From: Octopus sinensis
Taxonomy: Eukaryota
Reading direction: 5' to 3'
Length of the DNA: 64,000 bases
Assembly (NCBI RefSeq): GCF_006345805.1
Contig: NC_042999.1
Span: 109,926,001 to 109,990,000, forward strand
Made by a program: the position numbers and the translations under genes. The notes beneath the pieces are model-generated. The model was not told the origin of the DNA. It was given only the letters and a program-made list of their open reading frames with translations, and ran no database searches. How positions within the stretch are numbered: position 1 is the first letter of the stretch; the number at the start of each line of letters is the position of its first letter. Shown piece by piece: positions 24,257 through 38,078 of this stretch.

Positions 24257-27200
24257 ACATATTTCAAAAGAAAGAAGAAAAGGATGGAAGAAATGAGTGG
24301 GAAAGAGGAAGGAATTAAAGATGAAACTCTCCCTTGTCTCCAAAAATGCTATTTGAGCAAATTATAAAAAAAAACAAAAAAAAAAAAACAAAGCACAATG
24401 AAAGATAAAACCAATGCAAAATAAGATATCCATTAAAACTAAATATAGATCTTCCTCACTCTAAACCTTAGAGTTTTGATGAAGCCTTTTGAATATTTTT
24501 GATGACAAGGTTGTTGTGATTGCCCTTTGGGCAGGTGATAAGCAAGTCTTGAAGTTTGGCCCAGAGCAGAAAATATATGATAATTTATGTATAATTAATA
24601 GGGTTGCTGCATGATCAAAAGATTTGAGAAAATAGTTGCAGCAGCCAGGGGTACTTAACCACAACCAAAATACTTCAATAGTGAGACTGATAGAATAATT
24701 CTCAAAAAGCAATAAAAGGTCATTGATTAAACTTTTCTGTTCTTGGCAAAATGTGACAAAGGATTTTATATAAAAATCTGCTTGGTTCTCCAGTCTTTCA
24801 ACTTCCAGTAATAAAACAGCATGGAATAACCTTACAATCTTATACTTTGTGGAGACCATTTCATTTCATGTTTAAAAATTGTGTTTCTTTTGACTTCAAT
24901 TAGGTAAGACTAGGTCAAGTAAGTACATCTGAGGAATGGTTTGGAAATTTCAAAAATATATTTTTTTATTGCAAAGAGAAAAGGTCAATATCCATTAGGA
25001 TCCTTCTGAACTGGAGAAATGAGATAGTTAGATAAATGTTTGCTTTTGTGTATTGCCGAGTAATATTAGATAGCAAAATATAAATTAAATGAATGTTAGA
25101 TAGCTAATGTAAAATAGCAGTGGAAATCCAAAGGGATTTTGTTTACAGAAATATTTTATTGGAATTAGTCAAAGAAAGGAATTTTAATAAAACAAGCTTT
25201 CAATGCCTTGTATTTCATTATGACCATTTTATTTTAAGCAGATTTGTTAACATATGAAATCAGACTACATGAAATTGTGTAAAATATGTGACTTTGCATT
25301 GCAGTGGAACATTTTCACTGAAAGCTAAGCGGGTGTGCAATAGAGAGAGAGAGAGAGAGTTCAAATTTAAGTACTTTAGAAGAAAAAAAAATGACTAGGA
25401 ATCAAAAATTACAGTTTACACTAGACAGATGACAATGTCAGTATGGCAGAAAATTGCAAGAGCAATATACTGTGGTCTACCATTAACTAATAAATAATTC
25501 CTGTATATATATATATATATATAGTTACACATGGATAGTACATTTAATTTGCAAACATACTTCATAGTAATGGTATAAGTTATCTACAGCAGATGCAAAT
25601 TATAAGATGTCAAAAGAAGAGGTAGTGGAACAAACATGAGGATGATAGATTTCAAAACAGAGACAACACAAGATCAAAACAGAGAGGTGCTGCATTGGAA
25701 ATATCTATCTATCTCAAGCCAACAAGGGAAAAATGGACATTAGAAAAACAATGATAATGATAATATATATATAGATATAAAAGAACACTGACAGAGGAAA
25801 ATTGAATCTGAATATATTGCAAAGACTGCAATAAAGTTTGTGTGTGTATGTGTGTGTGTCCATATCTTTATTAATTTAATAACTTATATGAAATGACAGG
25901 AACATTTCAACATTCCATTTTAATTTTTCTTTCTTAGTTTTGACTTAGTTGAAAACTTTTCAGACCTGACATATTTAAGAAATCAAAAATAGTTTAAACT
26001 ATTTGTAAAATTAATTCAATATGTTTCTCTAAGTTTATTTGTGGGGTTTATTGTTCATCTTCAGAATATTTGCAAAAGCAACCAGTGAAATTTACGCTTC
26101 ACAGAAGACGTTTCTGAAAACCTTTTAAGTTATGTGACGATTGTTCCAAATAGCTTTTTAGAAGAGCTATGTAACTAGTCTACTGTAAAAACTCAGCGCG
26201 CTATTTTTAATCATTTGAAATAATAACAAGAACAACAATGATAATGATGAAAATAACAATGATAATAATTTTGTTACTGTTCTGTTACTGTAACACCCAC
26301 TCCACATACGACAGTTTTTTTTTTGCCTGTTTTTTTTTTTTTTTGTTTTACTTCAGCAAAATATTTCTTCTTCCATCAGTTTGATTTAATGCACAAAATG
26401 CTTTTAGAATTAAAAAGTAAACAAATGAAAAGAAATAAAAAAAAAAAAAATGAAACATTAACTCTGTGGAAGAATATGCAATGAATGATAAAAATCATTT
26501 ATGCTTAGGTCATGCTGAAAGTCTGGTGCAAATTGTTAACTCCCAAGTTCCAGTGGAAACAATGTACCAAGTTGTTATAACTGGCAGACAATTACAGGAG
26601 CAATGTGCAATGTTCTACCAACAACTACTAATTTCTTTCTTTTTGTGTATTTTTCTTTCCTTTTATAAACATTTTCTTTTATGCAGATCAAAGAAAATCA
26701 GTCTATAATTTTAAAGGGTTATCTTTCTTAGAAGTCAGGGGATATTGGTGAAATATTTTCATAATATTTTCTGTATTTTTTTCAATATAAAATACTAAGA
26801 TTCCAGTACATGGAATATATATAATTATATAGTTACAGAACAAAGTGATTTTGTAAAAGAACAACAACAACTACAAAAGCACCTGTAGCAATATTCAGAG
26901 GTTGTGTAATTGTTGTAGATGTATTATAATGATGTCAAATGCAGACATTAACATATCATTATATAATTTAAAAATACTAAAGGTATCACTTTAGTCTGAC
27001 CAGAATTGAAGAAGTAGTAAGAAAATCCACTTTAGTGCTACTTGATGGTAATTCTTGCCTACCTCTTCAGAATGAACAGAGGTGGAGAAACCAGATAGCT
27101 ATTAGTATAATATATCAGTGTAAGAATAGAATTTGTTACAAGCTGAAGCCTGTAGTTTATACACCAACATAGAAATTAAACTCTTTAAATTTGTTAATTA

Positions 27201-30200
27201 ACCAAAGGAATAGTGGGAGCAGTAAACCAATGGCCTTTTTTTAATGCCTTCTCAGAATAGTGAAATTGTTACAATTGTAGTTCAGTTTGAAGTTCTGTTG
27301 GCTGAAGTTTATTTGAAAACTATAATCAAAAACGGATTCTAGAAGAAAGTAGTTCCGGGGAGAAATGACTGAAAAAATGTTTAGAGTATGATGTAGGAAG
27401 TAGATTATGATACAGTAAGGTTGATGAAAATTTGTGCTTGGGTAGAGATGCAGTTTGCAAGTTCAGATGAACAAAGGTTGCTGTAGTTTGTGGCCAGTGG
27501 TTATAATGTGGGCTGAGTGAGTCTTTGCCATAAATGGAATGGATTTCTTTTGCCTGTGATACATATAATATTATGTGCTGCAGAGGCATTATCCCTGATG
27601 TGAGTTGCTTTTGTCTTTTATAGAGAATCATTCATGAGAGATCAGCATTGACCTCTCATAAATAAAAAGTTATCAAAGATTATTTTTAATGACTCCGTTC
27701 ATTAGTAGGAAATTGTTTGCGCTTTTGTATGTTATAATTGTGTTTTTGTGTTGTGTGATGAAGCTAGGATCTGCTCTCCTCATCGAGAATGGTTTTAAGT
27801 CTTCTGTTCATGAAAGTAGAGCTTATCTTGTAAAAGATGTCTTAGTTGTTTGTGGATGAAGAGTAATATAATCTGTATACAGAGCATGTAGTAATAAAAT
27901 ATCAACGTCTTCACTAAGAAACAAAATATTTACTGCAATTTATTTAATTTATCTATGATAAGCAACCAAATTACTGAGATTAGTTTTCTAAAATCTGAAC
28001 AGTAGTAAATTGAGGACAATTACAGCTGTTAATATTTAGAGAAAAAAACCCCCAAAAACAACTTTGGTTTCAGTTTCTCCAAGTGTATCAAACCCACAAA
28101 ATGATGTTATATTTTTGAATGTTGATTTTTATATGAGTGAATGTGAACAGGTTAAATTTCAAACAAAGTCTTAAAAATTAATGATGAAAGTTTTTCTATT
28201 GCTAGTTTTAGTGATGTTTCAACCTAAATGATTTATGCTGAAATACACATTTCTTTGTTTCTGAAATGGGTGGGTCAGTTCAATTAGTATTTAACATTTA
28301 AAACTATCATCAGCACCACTTTTCTATAGTAGACCTCTAAAGAAGAAACAAAGCTGGAATCACTGATAAAATATCTAGAAATAACTTGAAATTTAAGATG
28401 AAATTTTTATGCTCTATTTTAGTTTTGTATTTCATTTTTTTTCTTCTTAGGCTATAAAAATTTTATAAGATCTGAGTATCAATTTGACAATGTTAAGGTC
28501 AAATCAACAAACATTTGGAGTTCTATTGATTAACAGAAGAAACTGGAAGGAATGACAAATGAGCAGTACAATAAAAATCTTTTTAAAAGAATAACATAAA
28601 AAAGAACAATGGTGTATGTGCATACTTGAGAAAGAGAGAGAGAGAGAAAGAGAGAAAGAAAGAGAGAGAATAAAATATCACAGAATAATTTTTCTTTTAA
28701 ATTGAATCATTATTATTTTCCTTGTTAAAAAAAAAAAATCTCCTCAATCAATTTTCTACTCAAAAATTTGACCATTTCTTAATAAAATATACATTGCTAT
28801 AGTCACATGACAAATTCATGAAACTAAGTTTGGTTCTTAATTTTTGTAACAAGCTGAAGGTTTAAAACCTTGCAAGATCTCTAGCTATTTACTGCTATAA
28901 ATATTGTATCTAACCCAAATAACTATATAAAGAATCTTATTCTTTAAATCTGTTGAGATTTGTTTCTATTTTAAAACTTGTACACAAATGGCAATCTACT
29001 AAAAGTGTATACAATTATCAAGAAATATATTCCAGCTCTACCTTACAAACACATACACACTCAAACACATGTTTATGCTCATATATATTCATACATATAT
29101 TCAATTCTCACCATCTTATACATACTCATTTGCATATGTATCGATACATACACATACACACACATGCATATGAGCATGTGCATGTGTATATTTGCACACA
29201 CATCTTTCATATACAGATATTGTAGATATGAAACATTTGAATTGTTAGATTTTCTGACATTTTCATTTGAAGTAAAGTATTTTAAACAATAGTATCTTCA
29301 ATGTGAAATTGGAAATTCTTTCTAAACAATCTCCCTCTGGTGTCTCATTTAAGAATTAATTCAAGATGAGATAATTAGATTGTATATTTTACTTATTAAT
29401 GCTGAGATTTTTAGAGAAACCAAACATGATGGCAATGAATTCTTTAATAAACATTAAAGAAAGACAAACATGTAAATCAATCGAGAAAAGGCGAAAAAAA
29501 AAAAGAAAAGAAAAATAAGCATAGCAGAGTTACTGAATTCTAAAAGATGGAAATAATAATTAAAACAAAACAATGACGAAGAAAATATTTATGATCATAA
29601 TACATATTAAAGAATTAATTCTCTTGGGTTATTCATTTGTCAACTGAAATCAATAATCACTTTATTAATATATCCAGAGCAGCAAAGTTAACTTTAATTA
29701 CCTTTAATTAACACAACAGGTCACTCATATAATCCACGAGAAATATTTCTTTATTGTCCTTAACTAATAAAACATATCAATCACCAATAGTTTGCAAAGT
29801 AAATGTCAAAACAGAAAACAAAAAACAACCAAACCAAATACATTAACAATAATTGTTTATTCTTTTCTGTTTGTATTTGTTATCTAAATGCAATAATTTA
29901 ATAATGCATTTTAAGCCTTTTCTTTTTCTTTTGTATATAATTCCTCGCTACAAATCCTCTTTCACTTGATTGCTCCATATTATTATTGTTATTACTGCTA
30001 CCACTAATTCATTACGACTGTCACTATTGTTATCATTACTGTTATTATTTCTACTTACATTAATGCAGTTTTGAAGAGAAAAAGGTTTAGTCCTTGATTT
30101 GACTTTATTTCTTATTTGAAGACTATTTTTGTAGATATTTCTTTGAGAAAGGAATGAATGCTACACAATTTCAAAAAAAAAAAAATGGTGGTGATAGATT

Positions 30201-30654
30201 AAACAGGAATATGCATAAAATTTGGTACTTTGTTTCAAATCTTTTTTTTTTTTTATTTTGAAGCAGCCTTAAGTATTTTCATTCTTTGAATTAAAGAGTA
30301 AAACAGAAGACCTGCCATTGCTAACAGAGGGCAGACTCCTGGCACAGCAAAATACACCCAACTTTTCTTGATAAGAAGGAGGAGAAGAAAGAGAAAAAGA
30401 AGAGATATTATCAGAAGCTGAGGTGTATTTTAGTGAGTAATTTTAGTTTTCCTTCCAAAGTATAAAAGAGATGTTTTTAAAAAAACCACTTTCAGCCTAT
30501 ATGGGAAATCAACTTATTAATTTTTAAATGATGTAACTGAAGATTGCTAGTAAGCTTTTGAGTACTTGCCTGCAGATGAAAACTAAGCAAGTTAAGAAAG
30601 AACCAATGCAGATTTCTTCATGTATTACTTTATATTGTTTATATTTTTTTTTTT

Positions 30655-31043
30655 GCTGTGTGGTAAGAAGCTTGCTTCTCAGTCACATGGTTCCGGGTTC
30701 GGTCCCACTGCATGGCATCTTGGGCAAGTGTCTTCTATAGCCTTGGGCTGACCAAGGCCTTGTGACTGGATTTGGTAGACAGAAACTGAAAGAAGCCCGT
30801 TGAACATATATACATATATATATATACATATATGTATATGCTTGCATGTCTGTGTTTGTCCCCGCATCATCACTTGACAACTGATGTTGGTGTGTTTACG
30901 TCCCTGTAAGTTAATGGCTTGGCAAAATAGACCGATAGAATAAGTACTAGGCTTACTAAGGATAAGTCCTGGGGTTGATTTGTTTGACTAAAGGCAGTGC
31001 TCCAGTATGGCTGCAGTCAAATGACTGAAACAAATTAAAGAAT
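30655..31043 (+). mobile_element. SINE family A
   Basis: Colinear with 9488-9895. Confidence 0.85.
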
Positions 31044-31096
31044 AGGTTTATAAGAATTAACAAAATTATAACGATAGAATCTTAGAATGGATAATC

Positions 31097-31300
31097 TTTT
31101 ATCTTTTACTTGTTTCAGTCATTAGACTGTGACCATGTTGGGGCAGTGACTTGTAGGGTTTTAGTTGAACAACTCAACTCCAGTACTTGTCTTTTTTAAA
31201 GACTGGCACTTATTCTGCCAGTCTCTCTTTGCTGAACTGCTAAGTTATGAAGACATAAACAAACCAACAACAATTGTCAAGTAGGGGTGGGAGACAGGCC
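31097..31300 (-). mobile_element. SINE family A, 3' half
   Basis: ttttacttgtttcagtcattagactg is the reverse complement of the family A tail. Confidence 0.6.
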
Positions 31301-31802
31301 TGAGAGAAGTTTAATGAAACTTTAAATTATCATAAGCCAGAACCTGATCATATGCTCTCAATAACCTGTGGCATAAATGAAAGTAATATTTACAATATAC
31401 TTATACGTGCATAATAAATGCTAATTATAATTTCATTAAAAAGCCTGAAATGTTGAAGGTTAATGTGAGGTAGGAACTACGATGTTGGGTATAAAAATAA
31501 AAGGTTGCATGATGTTCAGTGACCTATTAACCTAATTAATTCTTCTAATTATAATTAAATTTTTAACTTGTGTATTTTCCAAATTCTTATTGAATTACTA
31601 AGTTTGAGGAGAGAGGCAGGAGAAGGAACAGTGTCCACCATCTTCAAAGGTCAGAAAGTTAGATCAATGCAGTTAATACAAAGGTGTGATTGATGTAATT
31701 GATTGACTTCCAGAGCAATATTCCTACACACTTCTTGGCTAGACTTCAACTTATAATGTCTTATTTCTATCTCCTGGATTATTGGCTTCTATCTTCTCTA
31801 CA

Positions 31803-32097
31803 GCGGAGACACATAGCCTAGTGGTTAGACCAGCAGACTTAAGGTCAAGGGATTGTGGGTTTGAATCTCAGACCGTGTGATGTGTGTGTTTATGAGCAAA
31901 ACACCTAAGCTCCATGAAGCTCCAGCAGAATGTAATGACAAATTTCTGCTGACTCTTTTGGCACAACTTTCTCTCACTCTTTCTTCCTGCATCTAACAGC
32001 TCACCTGTGATGGACAGGTGTCCCATCTAGGTGGGGAACCTATATACCAATGAAACCGGGAAACTGGCCCTTATGAGAAGGAACAAACAACAATAAC
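31803..32097 (+). mobile_element. tRNA-derived SINE (family D); 3' end shared with family C
   Basis: A-box tagcctagtgg, B-box-like gtttgaatc; 3' gaaaccgggaaactggcccttatgag resembles the reverse complement of 61275-61300. Confidence 0.65.
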
Positions 32098-32893
32098 GTC
32101 TTCTCTACAATACTCTCGTAGACCCCGTGTTGTAAAGAATTGTATTACTAATACAGCTCTGTTTAGAATAAGAGCAGTTATGATTATAGGAGTATTGTTA
32201 GCATATTGTATAATGGCTCGGCAAAATTTGAGCATTGTTAATGGGGAAGAATATTATTATAAAATAATGATGCCGATGGTTGTTATGAGATATTAGTAAA
32301 ATAACAAAGCTAAACTGTTGTTGTTTAGCACAAGTTCAGCTTGACTGAGCAAACCTATGTTTAAAGTTATACCACTCCAGATGTGGCCAAATCTAAGACA
32401 ACATTACATAATGTGTTCTTCACATTTTTAAAACAGTGGAGGTAATTTGAAGGAAATGTGGCTGCTATTTCTTGGAGGTTGAATAACCACGGAGCAGTTC
32501 GTTCATTGGCTCATATAGAGGTAGGTTTATGTTTAGTGTGACTTCTTACAATTAAGAGAGAGAGAGAAAGAGAGGTATTGGTGATAAGAGGCCATGATTA
32601 CATACAGAAATAGAATCTCTGAGCCCATACGATGCCGGTCTCACTACCTAAGTTCAGCAGCACTAGCAAGGAAACTGCACTGGGTAAAGTGAGTGGTAAA
32701 AAAATGAAATTAAGTGAAGAGCAATTGATAATATCAGATGGAAAAGCAATCTGGATTGAAATGTCAAAACAGTAGACAGAAGATTTCTAATCCTTCATAT
32801 GGAAATATTTAAATAAATAAAAGAGCGAGAGGGTGATAGAGAGAGAGAAAGAGAGAGTGATAGCTAGATAGATATATGGAGTGATATATATAC

Positions 32894-32924
<31 letters not shown>

Positions 32925-33491
32925 TGTATGTATGTATAGAGAGAAAAACAGAAAGAGAGAGACAGTGAAGTGAGGAGATAGGAGATATAATAAAAAAAAT
33001 TCCCTAAGGTGGGATTAAATCATATCAGTAATATTTTAACTCAGGCTGGCACTATGGCAAAGCATTAATGCTCTGAAAGAAGGCACTGTTAAACTGAGCT
33101 AGGCTTCTCAATCTACTTTGTGACATTTTCTGAGGCTCATATCCTAGAAGTTCCCTACCCCACCACCCGGTAAAAAAAACAAATAGGGGGGAAAAAATTA
33201 TAAAAATGAAGGAAATCCATTCAGCAGTGAAAGCGAAGAGGTTTCACAATTCCCTTCAGATCACATATCACATTAGTAAATGTCCCCTATCGAGAGTAGA
33301 TACAAACTGGCTTCATCTTCTACAGGAATCACTTCATATTTGTTCTTGACTCATCAAGAGGCCAGCTTAGACAAGTACAATATTTCACAAGGTTTTTCTA
33401 AAACAGTCACTATCTCAAATGATATTGAAGAATCATACACAATATCTTAGTTATATATAATTTATTAATAAGTTGTGTGTATGTGAGTGTA

Positions 33492-33499
<8 letters not shown>

Positions 33500-33524
<25 letters not shown>

Positions 33525-33664
33525 ATATATATAAATATATATGTATGTATATATACATATATGTATGTATGTATGTATATGCACACACATATAGATAGAT
33601 ATATACTCACACACACAAACATATATGCTATATCTATCTATGTATCCATATAAGATATGTACAT

Positions 33665-33706
<42 letters not shown>

Positions 33707-33850
33707 TATATGTATGTATATATACATATATGTATGTATGTATGTATATGCACACACATATAGATAGATATATACTCACACACACAAACATATATGCTAT
33801 ATCTATCTATGTATCCATATAAGATATGTACATATATATATATATATATA
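33500..33850 (+). repeat. Tandem duplication (about 169-bp period) of a TA/TG/CA microsatellite mosaic
   Basis: gcacacacatatagatagatatatactcacacacacaaacatatatgctatatc occurs twice; the ORF track shows identical N-termini at 33622 and 33791. Confidence 0.9.
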
Positions 33851-33861
33851 TACATATATGT

Positions 33862-33913
33862 TTGTTTTCCACCTGCCTTCGTCTTTTGTTTATTTTCATA
33901 AAGCTTCCCGTTA
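33862..33913. repeat. 52-bp interspersed motif embedded in (TA)n, copy 2
   Basis: Near-identical to 15084-15135. Confidence 0.85.
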
Positions 33914-34259
33914 TATATATACATATATATATATAATGGATTCATTCTCCCATTGATTTTAATATATGAGAAGGCCAACAGCTGCTAGACTACTGAAACA
34001 GATGATTTGTTTCCAATGGTGAAGGCTTATGTAAGACCAGCCACATTTGGAAATGCCGGTAGCAGAAAGTCAGTGCAAATGTTTGCTACAAACTCAATGA
34101 ACAACACACCTCAGGCTTTTCTATTAGAGTTCTCCTCCTGGGTTAGTTGCCTTCATCATGACTTAGAGTTCAACCAACCCTAAAAGGCTAAATTCACACC
34201 TGATGTCTAACCAGAAATTTCTAAGTGCTTGTGATGCATACATATGTACATAATACATA

Positions 34260-34480
34260 TATCATATTACTGAATAGCTGCTGATGCTTCTGAATTCACT
34301 TGTCCTTTGACCGGTTTTAGTTTTCATTCTGCAGGGTGTCCTAAAACCACGTCTCACAAAATTTGCCAACATTGCTCTTGACATGCCTATGCACTCTTTC
34401 CTTTTTATGTCTTTTACTGCTAATTCTTCTGTCTTTTTGCATTTAATCCTATGTACTATGAATGCACATTTTGTTATTGT
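34260..34480 (-). pseudogene. Very old non-LTR retrotransposon C-terminal fragment (RTE-like)
   Basis: Frameshifted translation gives HIVRLN...GKSA*ACQEQCW...FRSISSY, resembling the RTE ORF C-terminal pattern GHI.R...GKR.RGR...W. Confidence 0.35.
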
Positions 34481-36019
34481 TGACATTCTTTACTTGACTT
34501 AATGTTGATTTCTGTGCTCTCTTTTACTCTTTTGGCAAGTTCTAGTAAATCTGAACACTGTATACAAATTCATTATTATTCTATATTTATTTGATAATAC
34601 ATCTTATCATTAGCTGATCTGTCTGCTATCTTTTGAACCAGCCCAGGTTTCTTCATTCATGATCTAGAAAATTATTAAATGAGTTTGCCCACTTTTGAAA
34701 TCAATTGCCACTAGCACAATATATTTTTATTCAAGATATACTGTCAGGTAATCTATCTTTACCAACCCATCATCACAAAATACATGAGACCTTTACTGCT
34801 TGTATTTTGTTTTCTCTTTTTATAGTAAAACAACTTAAGATTCATAATGATTTAATTCCATTATAGGAAAATGATATTAAACACAGTATTGGTTATGATG
34901 TAGTCAAGCAACTTTAAGCCTTCAACAGACCATTTAGCAGCATTTTTAGTATGGGAGATCTATAATATATGGTAGTATCTCTCAGATGATATTGATAATA
35001 GAAATGGTTATATAGAGAGTTTCTTATCAATCAGTATACAATTAGTCACATACAATAGCCATCAACTTAGAAAATATAAATATGTAACAGATAATAAAAA
35101 ATAAAAAACAAAAAAAAAAGCTGAAGCAAACTAATACCTCATACTGCTAACAGCTGTTGAAGTTAGCTTACTATTTGGACAAAAAACATAAAAACAAAAA
35201 GGGAGGGTGGAGAGGGATCAGAATAGACTTACTAATTTCAAAAGAATTGACTCTACCACAGAGAAAAATAATGCAGAACCAAAATAGACCACACAATAAA
35301 TTAAATTTTGGCAGGGTTGAACTAGAAACACCTACTCCTACTTGAAGAAAGCATACCTCAATTAAATGGGTCACACAATAAATTAACCACAGCTAACCTT
35401 GCCGAATTAGAACCAGTTTCCTCTCTTAACAGAAGAAGGCAGTCCTTCTTCCAAAATAGGTCATAGGCAGCATGATTCTGCATTTACACAAGCAGGAAGT
35501 GCAATTCAAAGAAATTCTAATCAGGAGAATTTTGAATTCTTCTTGGGAAACTATAGTATTCTGTCTGGAAAGTAAAATACATTTTGTGTGTATGCATGTG
35601 TGTGTATGTGTATATATGAAAGAGAGAAGAGGTAGGGATGAGGTGTTGTGAATTATATTGAGGGGTAAAATCTGAATTTAACAATGAAACAGGTAGTCTT
35701 GACACTTATCAACTCTAAGAAAGGAAAATAGTGTGTCAACTGTGAAATTGATCAATGGTCTTCAAAATTCTATAGATTTTGTGAACAGAACAAGGAATGT
35801 GTATGTTTAGTGTAAGAATATTCAGAAAACTATATGCATTATGAATGAATTGCTGAAGCCCAATTATCTGGAATAGTTTTGTATGTGTGCATGTGTGCAT
35901 CTGAATGTGTGCATGTATTTGTGTGAGTAGACACATTTAGTTATGCCAATCCTGCTATTTTTACCTATCTTTTATAAACTTTACTAAAGGTCAGTACCTA
36001 TTGTCTCACTTTCCCTTTA

Positions 36020-36175
36020 AGATAATAATAGCTTCAAATTTTGTCACAGAGCCAGTAGTTTTCAAGGGGAGGAGGCCAGTTGATTACACCAGCTCCAGTA
36101 CTTACTTGACTGGTATTTATTTTATTGACCCTAAAAGGACAAAAAACAAAGCCGACCTCAGCAGAATTTAAACTC
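36020..36175 (-). mobile_element. SINE family B fragment
   Basis: gactggtatttattttattgaccc...gccgacctcagcagaattt is the reverse complement of the family B core. Confidence 0.55.
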
Positions 36176-36741
36176 CCCTCTTAAGATAATAATATGCATG
36201 GTTATAATATTGAAATAATGAATGGACATGTATTTTATATCTGATAAATAGATTTCTTCGTGAAATTATAACAACCTTTGTCAAACTGATTATAGAATAT
36301 CTAATATATAATATAGAATCAATTGGATGTATATGGGATGTGTGAGCTTAGAAACTGAGTCAGATGAAAACAAAAAGTGAATGTGAAGACCTGCTGGAAA
36401 ACGAAGTGAGAACCATAACTAAAGAGAGAGTGAATTATACACTAGAGAGAAGGGTTAGAAAATTATGCACATGGGTGAACGATTAACAAGTTTGCTTTGC
36501 AACTGTGTGTTTCACTGTGTTCACCTATTTATTTCAATAAATTTGGAGCTTGTTTAATAAAAAGTAAAATAGTATAAGCAGAGAAACGAAATGCTGTTTA
36601 AAGGAGCAGTCACGTGATTAAATGAAATGAGCTTACAACATTCAACCTGATATCAAGATACATTGGTGATTAGTAGCAAAATATTTTAATATTTAATTTC
36701 ATATATTTAATAGCATGCACACACAAACACACAGTTATACA

Positions 36742-36778
<37 letters not shown>

Positions 36779-36924
36779 CTTAGGGTAGCAAGAATATTCA
36801 TAGAAAAATTCTTAGTTACCAGTGGTCTAGCGAGAAAGAAAAAATTAGTCAATAGACTATATATTATTCAGAGAAGAATACAGTGTACGTTCAAACACAA
36901 AAGAGATACCCGAAGAATAGGATA

Positions 36925-36968
<44 letters not shown>

Positions 36969-37134
36969 TACACACATATATAACGTATACACACACATGC
37001 ACATGTAGTTATGTATATTTATATCAATGTAGGGTAAAGACCAGAACCTTGCAACATGAATGCCCTGTGGTATTCATGTCTGACTGAGTTATCTCCTTTC
37101 ACAGAAACGTCTACATTGGTTTGCAGTTATCTAT

Positions 37135-37262
37135 AAGAGAACAATAAGTACCAAACAAAAAAAAAAAAAACTAGGGTTAATATAAACTAAAAACCCTTGA
37201 GGGTGGTGAAGCCCCAACATGGCCACAATACAATATCTGATACTAGTTAAAAGAAGAAAGAG
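37135..37262 (+). mobile_element. Degenerate SINE family A 3' end
   Basis: aataagtacc...ggtggtgaagccccaacatggccaca. Confidence 0.45.
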
Positions 37263-37549
37263 ATGGTTAAGTAACAGAATGAAAGAGGAGGATGGAAGTA
37301 TATATCTCCCAAAAGGCTGTATCAGCAATAAGTTGGTTTCTTTTTCAGCCAGGTAGCCTGGGGCACAGTGAAGTGTACCTGTTATCATTGCTCCCTTGCC
37401 AAATTTACATTTGTATTTTTTTGGCATCTGAAGGGTATCTAACCAAATGACATGTACAGGTATTCAGTCTTTCAGAGCAATAGCTGCTAGTGGGAGTTGG
37501 CTGGGATTGTGAAAACTATGCCAGCATGGGAAGAGGATGCAAAAATGAC

Positions 37550-37591
<42 letters not shown>

Positions 37592-37658
37592 ACTAATATA
37601 ATAAAGAGAATTACTATTTGTAAATCTCATAACGAAAGATATTCAGCAACAGTACTTT

Positions 37659-37912
37659 GGAGTAAAGATTTTTTGCCAACATAACATGGCAGTCATGGTT
37701 TAGGACAAATGTTGCTGTAATTTAGCCCCAAGAGACATCGTCTACAGCTGGCTATATGAACCAATCGGTGTCTTTATTCCCTTGTTCAAGAATATAAGGA
37801 CACAGATCATGTTGTATAACCAGCTAGAGACGATGTCTCCTGGGGCTAAATTACAGCAACATTTTCCCTAAATCATGTCTGCTATGTTATGTTGGCAAAT
37901 AATCTTTACTCC
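37659..37912. mobile_element. Foldback MITE with about 100-bp inverted arms
   Basis: ggagtaaagatt...gccaacataacat...gacatcgtct mirrored by agacgatgtc...atgttatgttggc...aatctttactcc. Confidence 0.8.
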
Positions 37913-37972
37913 TAATATAACAAATGCAAAAACTAATTTGTGTGTCAGTGTGTCACACTTTTTCAACTTTAA

Positions 37973-38078
37973 TAAATCCTTTCTACTGGAAGCACAAGGC
38001 CTCAAATTTTGGGGGAAGGGATTAAGTCGATTACAGTGATCCTAGTATGTAACTGGTACTAATTTTATCGGCCCTGAA
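37973..38078 (-). mobile_element. SINE family B 3' fragment
   Basis: aatcctttctact...gcacaaggcc...aagtcgattac...aactggtact. Confidence 0.65.

Noticed and set aside
31803-31875. tRNA gene
   Set aside because: A/B-box-like motifs are present but there is no intact cloverleaf; it continues into a SINE body. The same applies to the other SINE heads.
35290-35386. 15-bp direct repeat cacacaataaattaa, 82 bp apart
   Set aside because: AT-rich, only two copies, and the intervening sequence is not repeated; compatible with chance.
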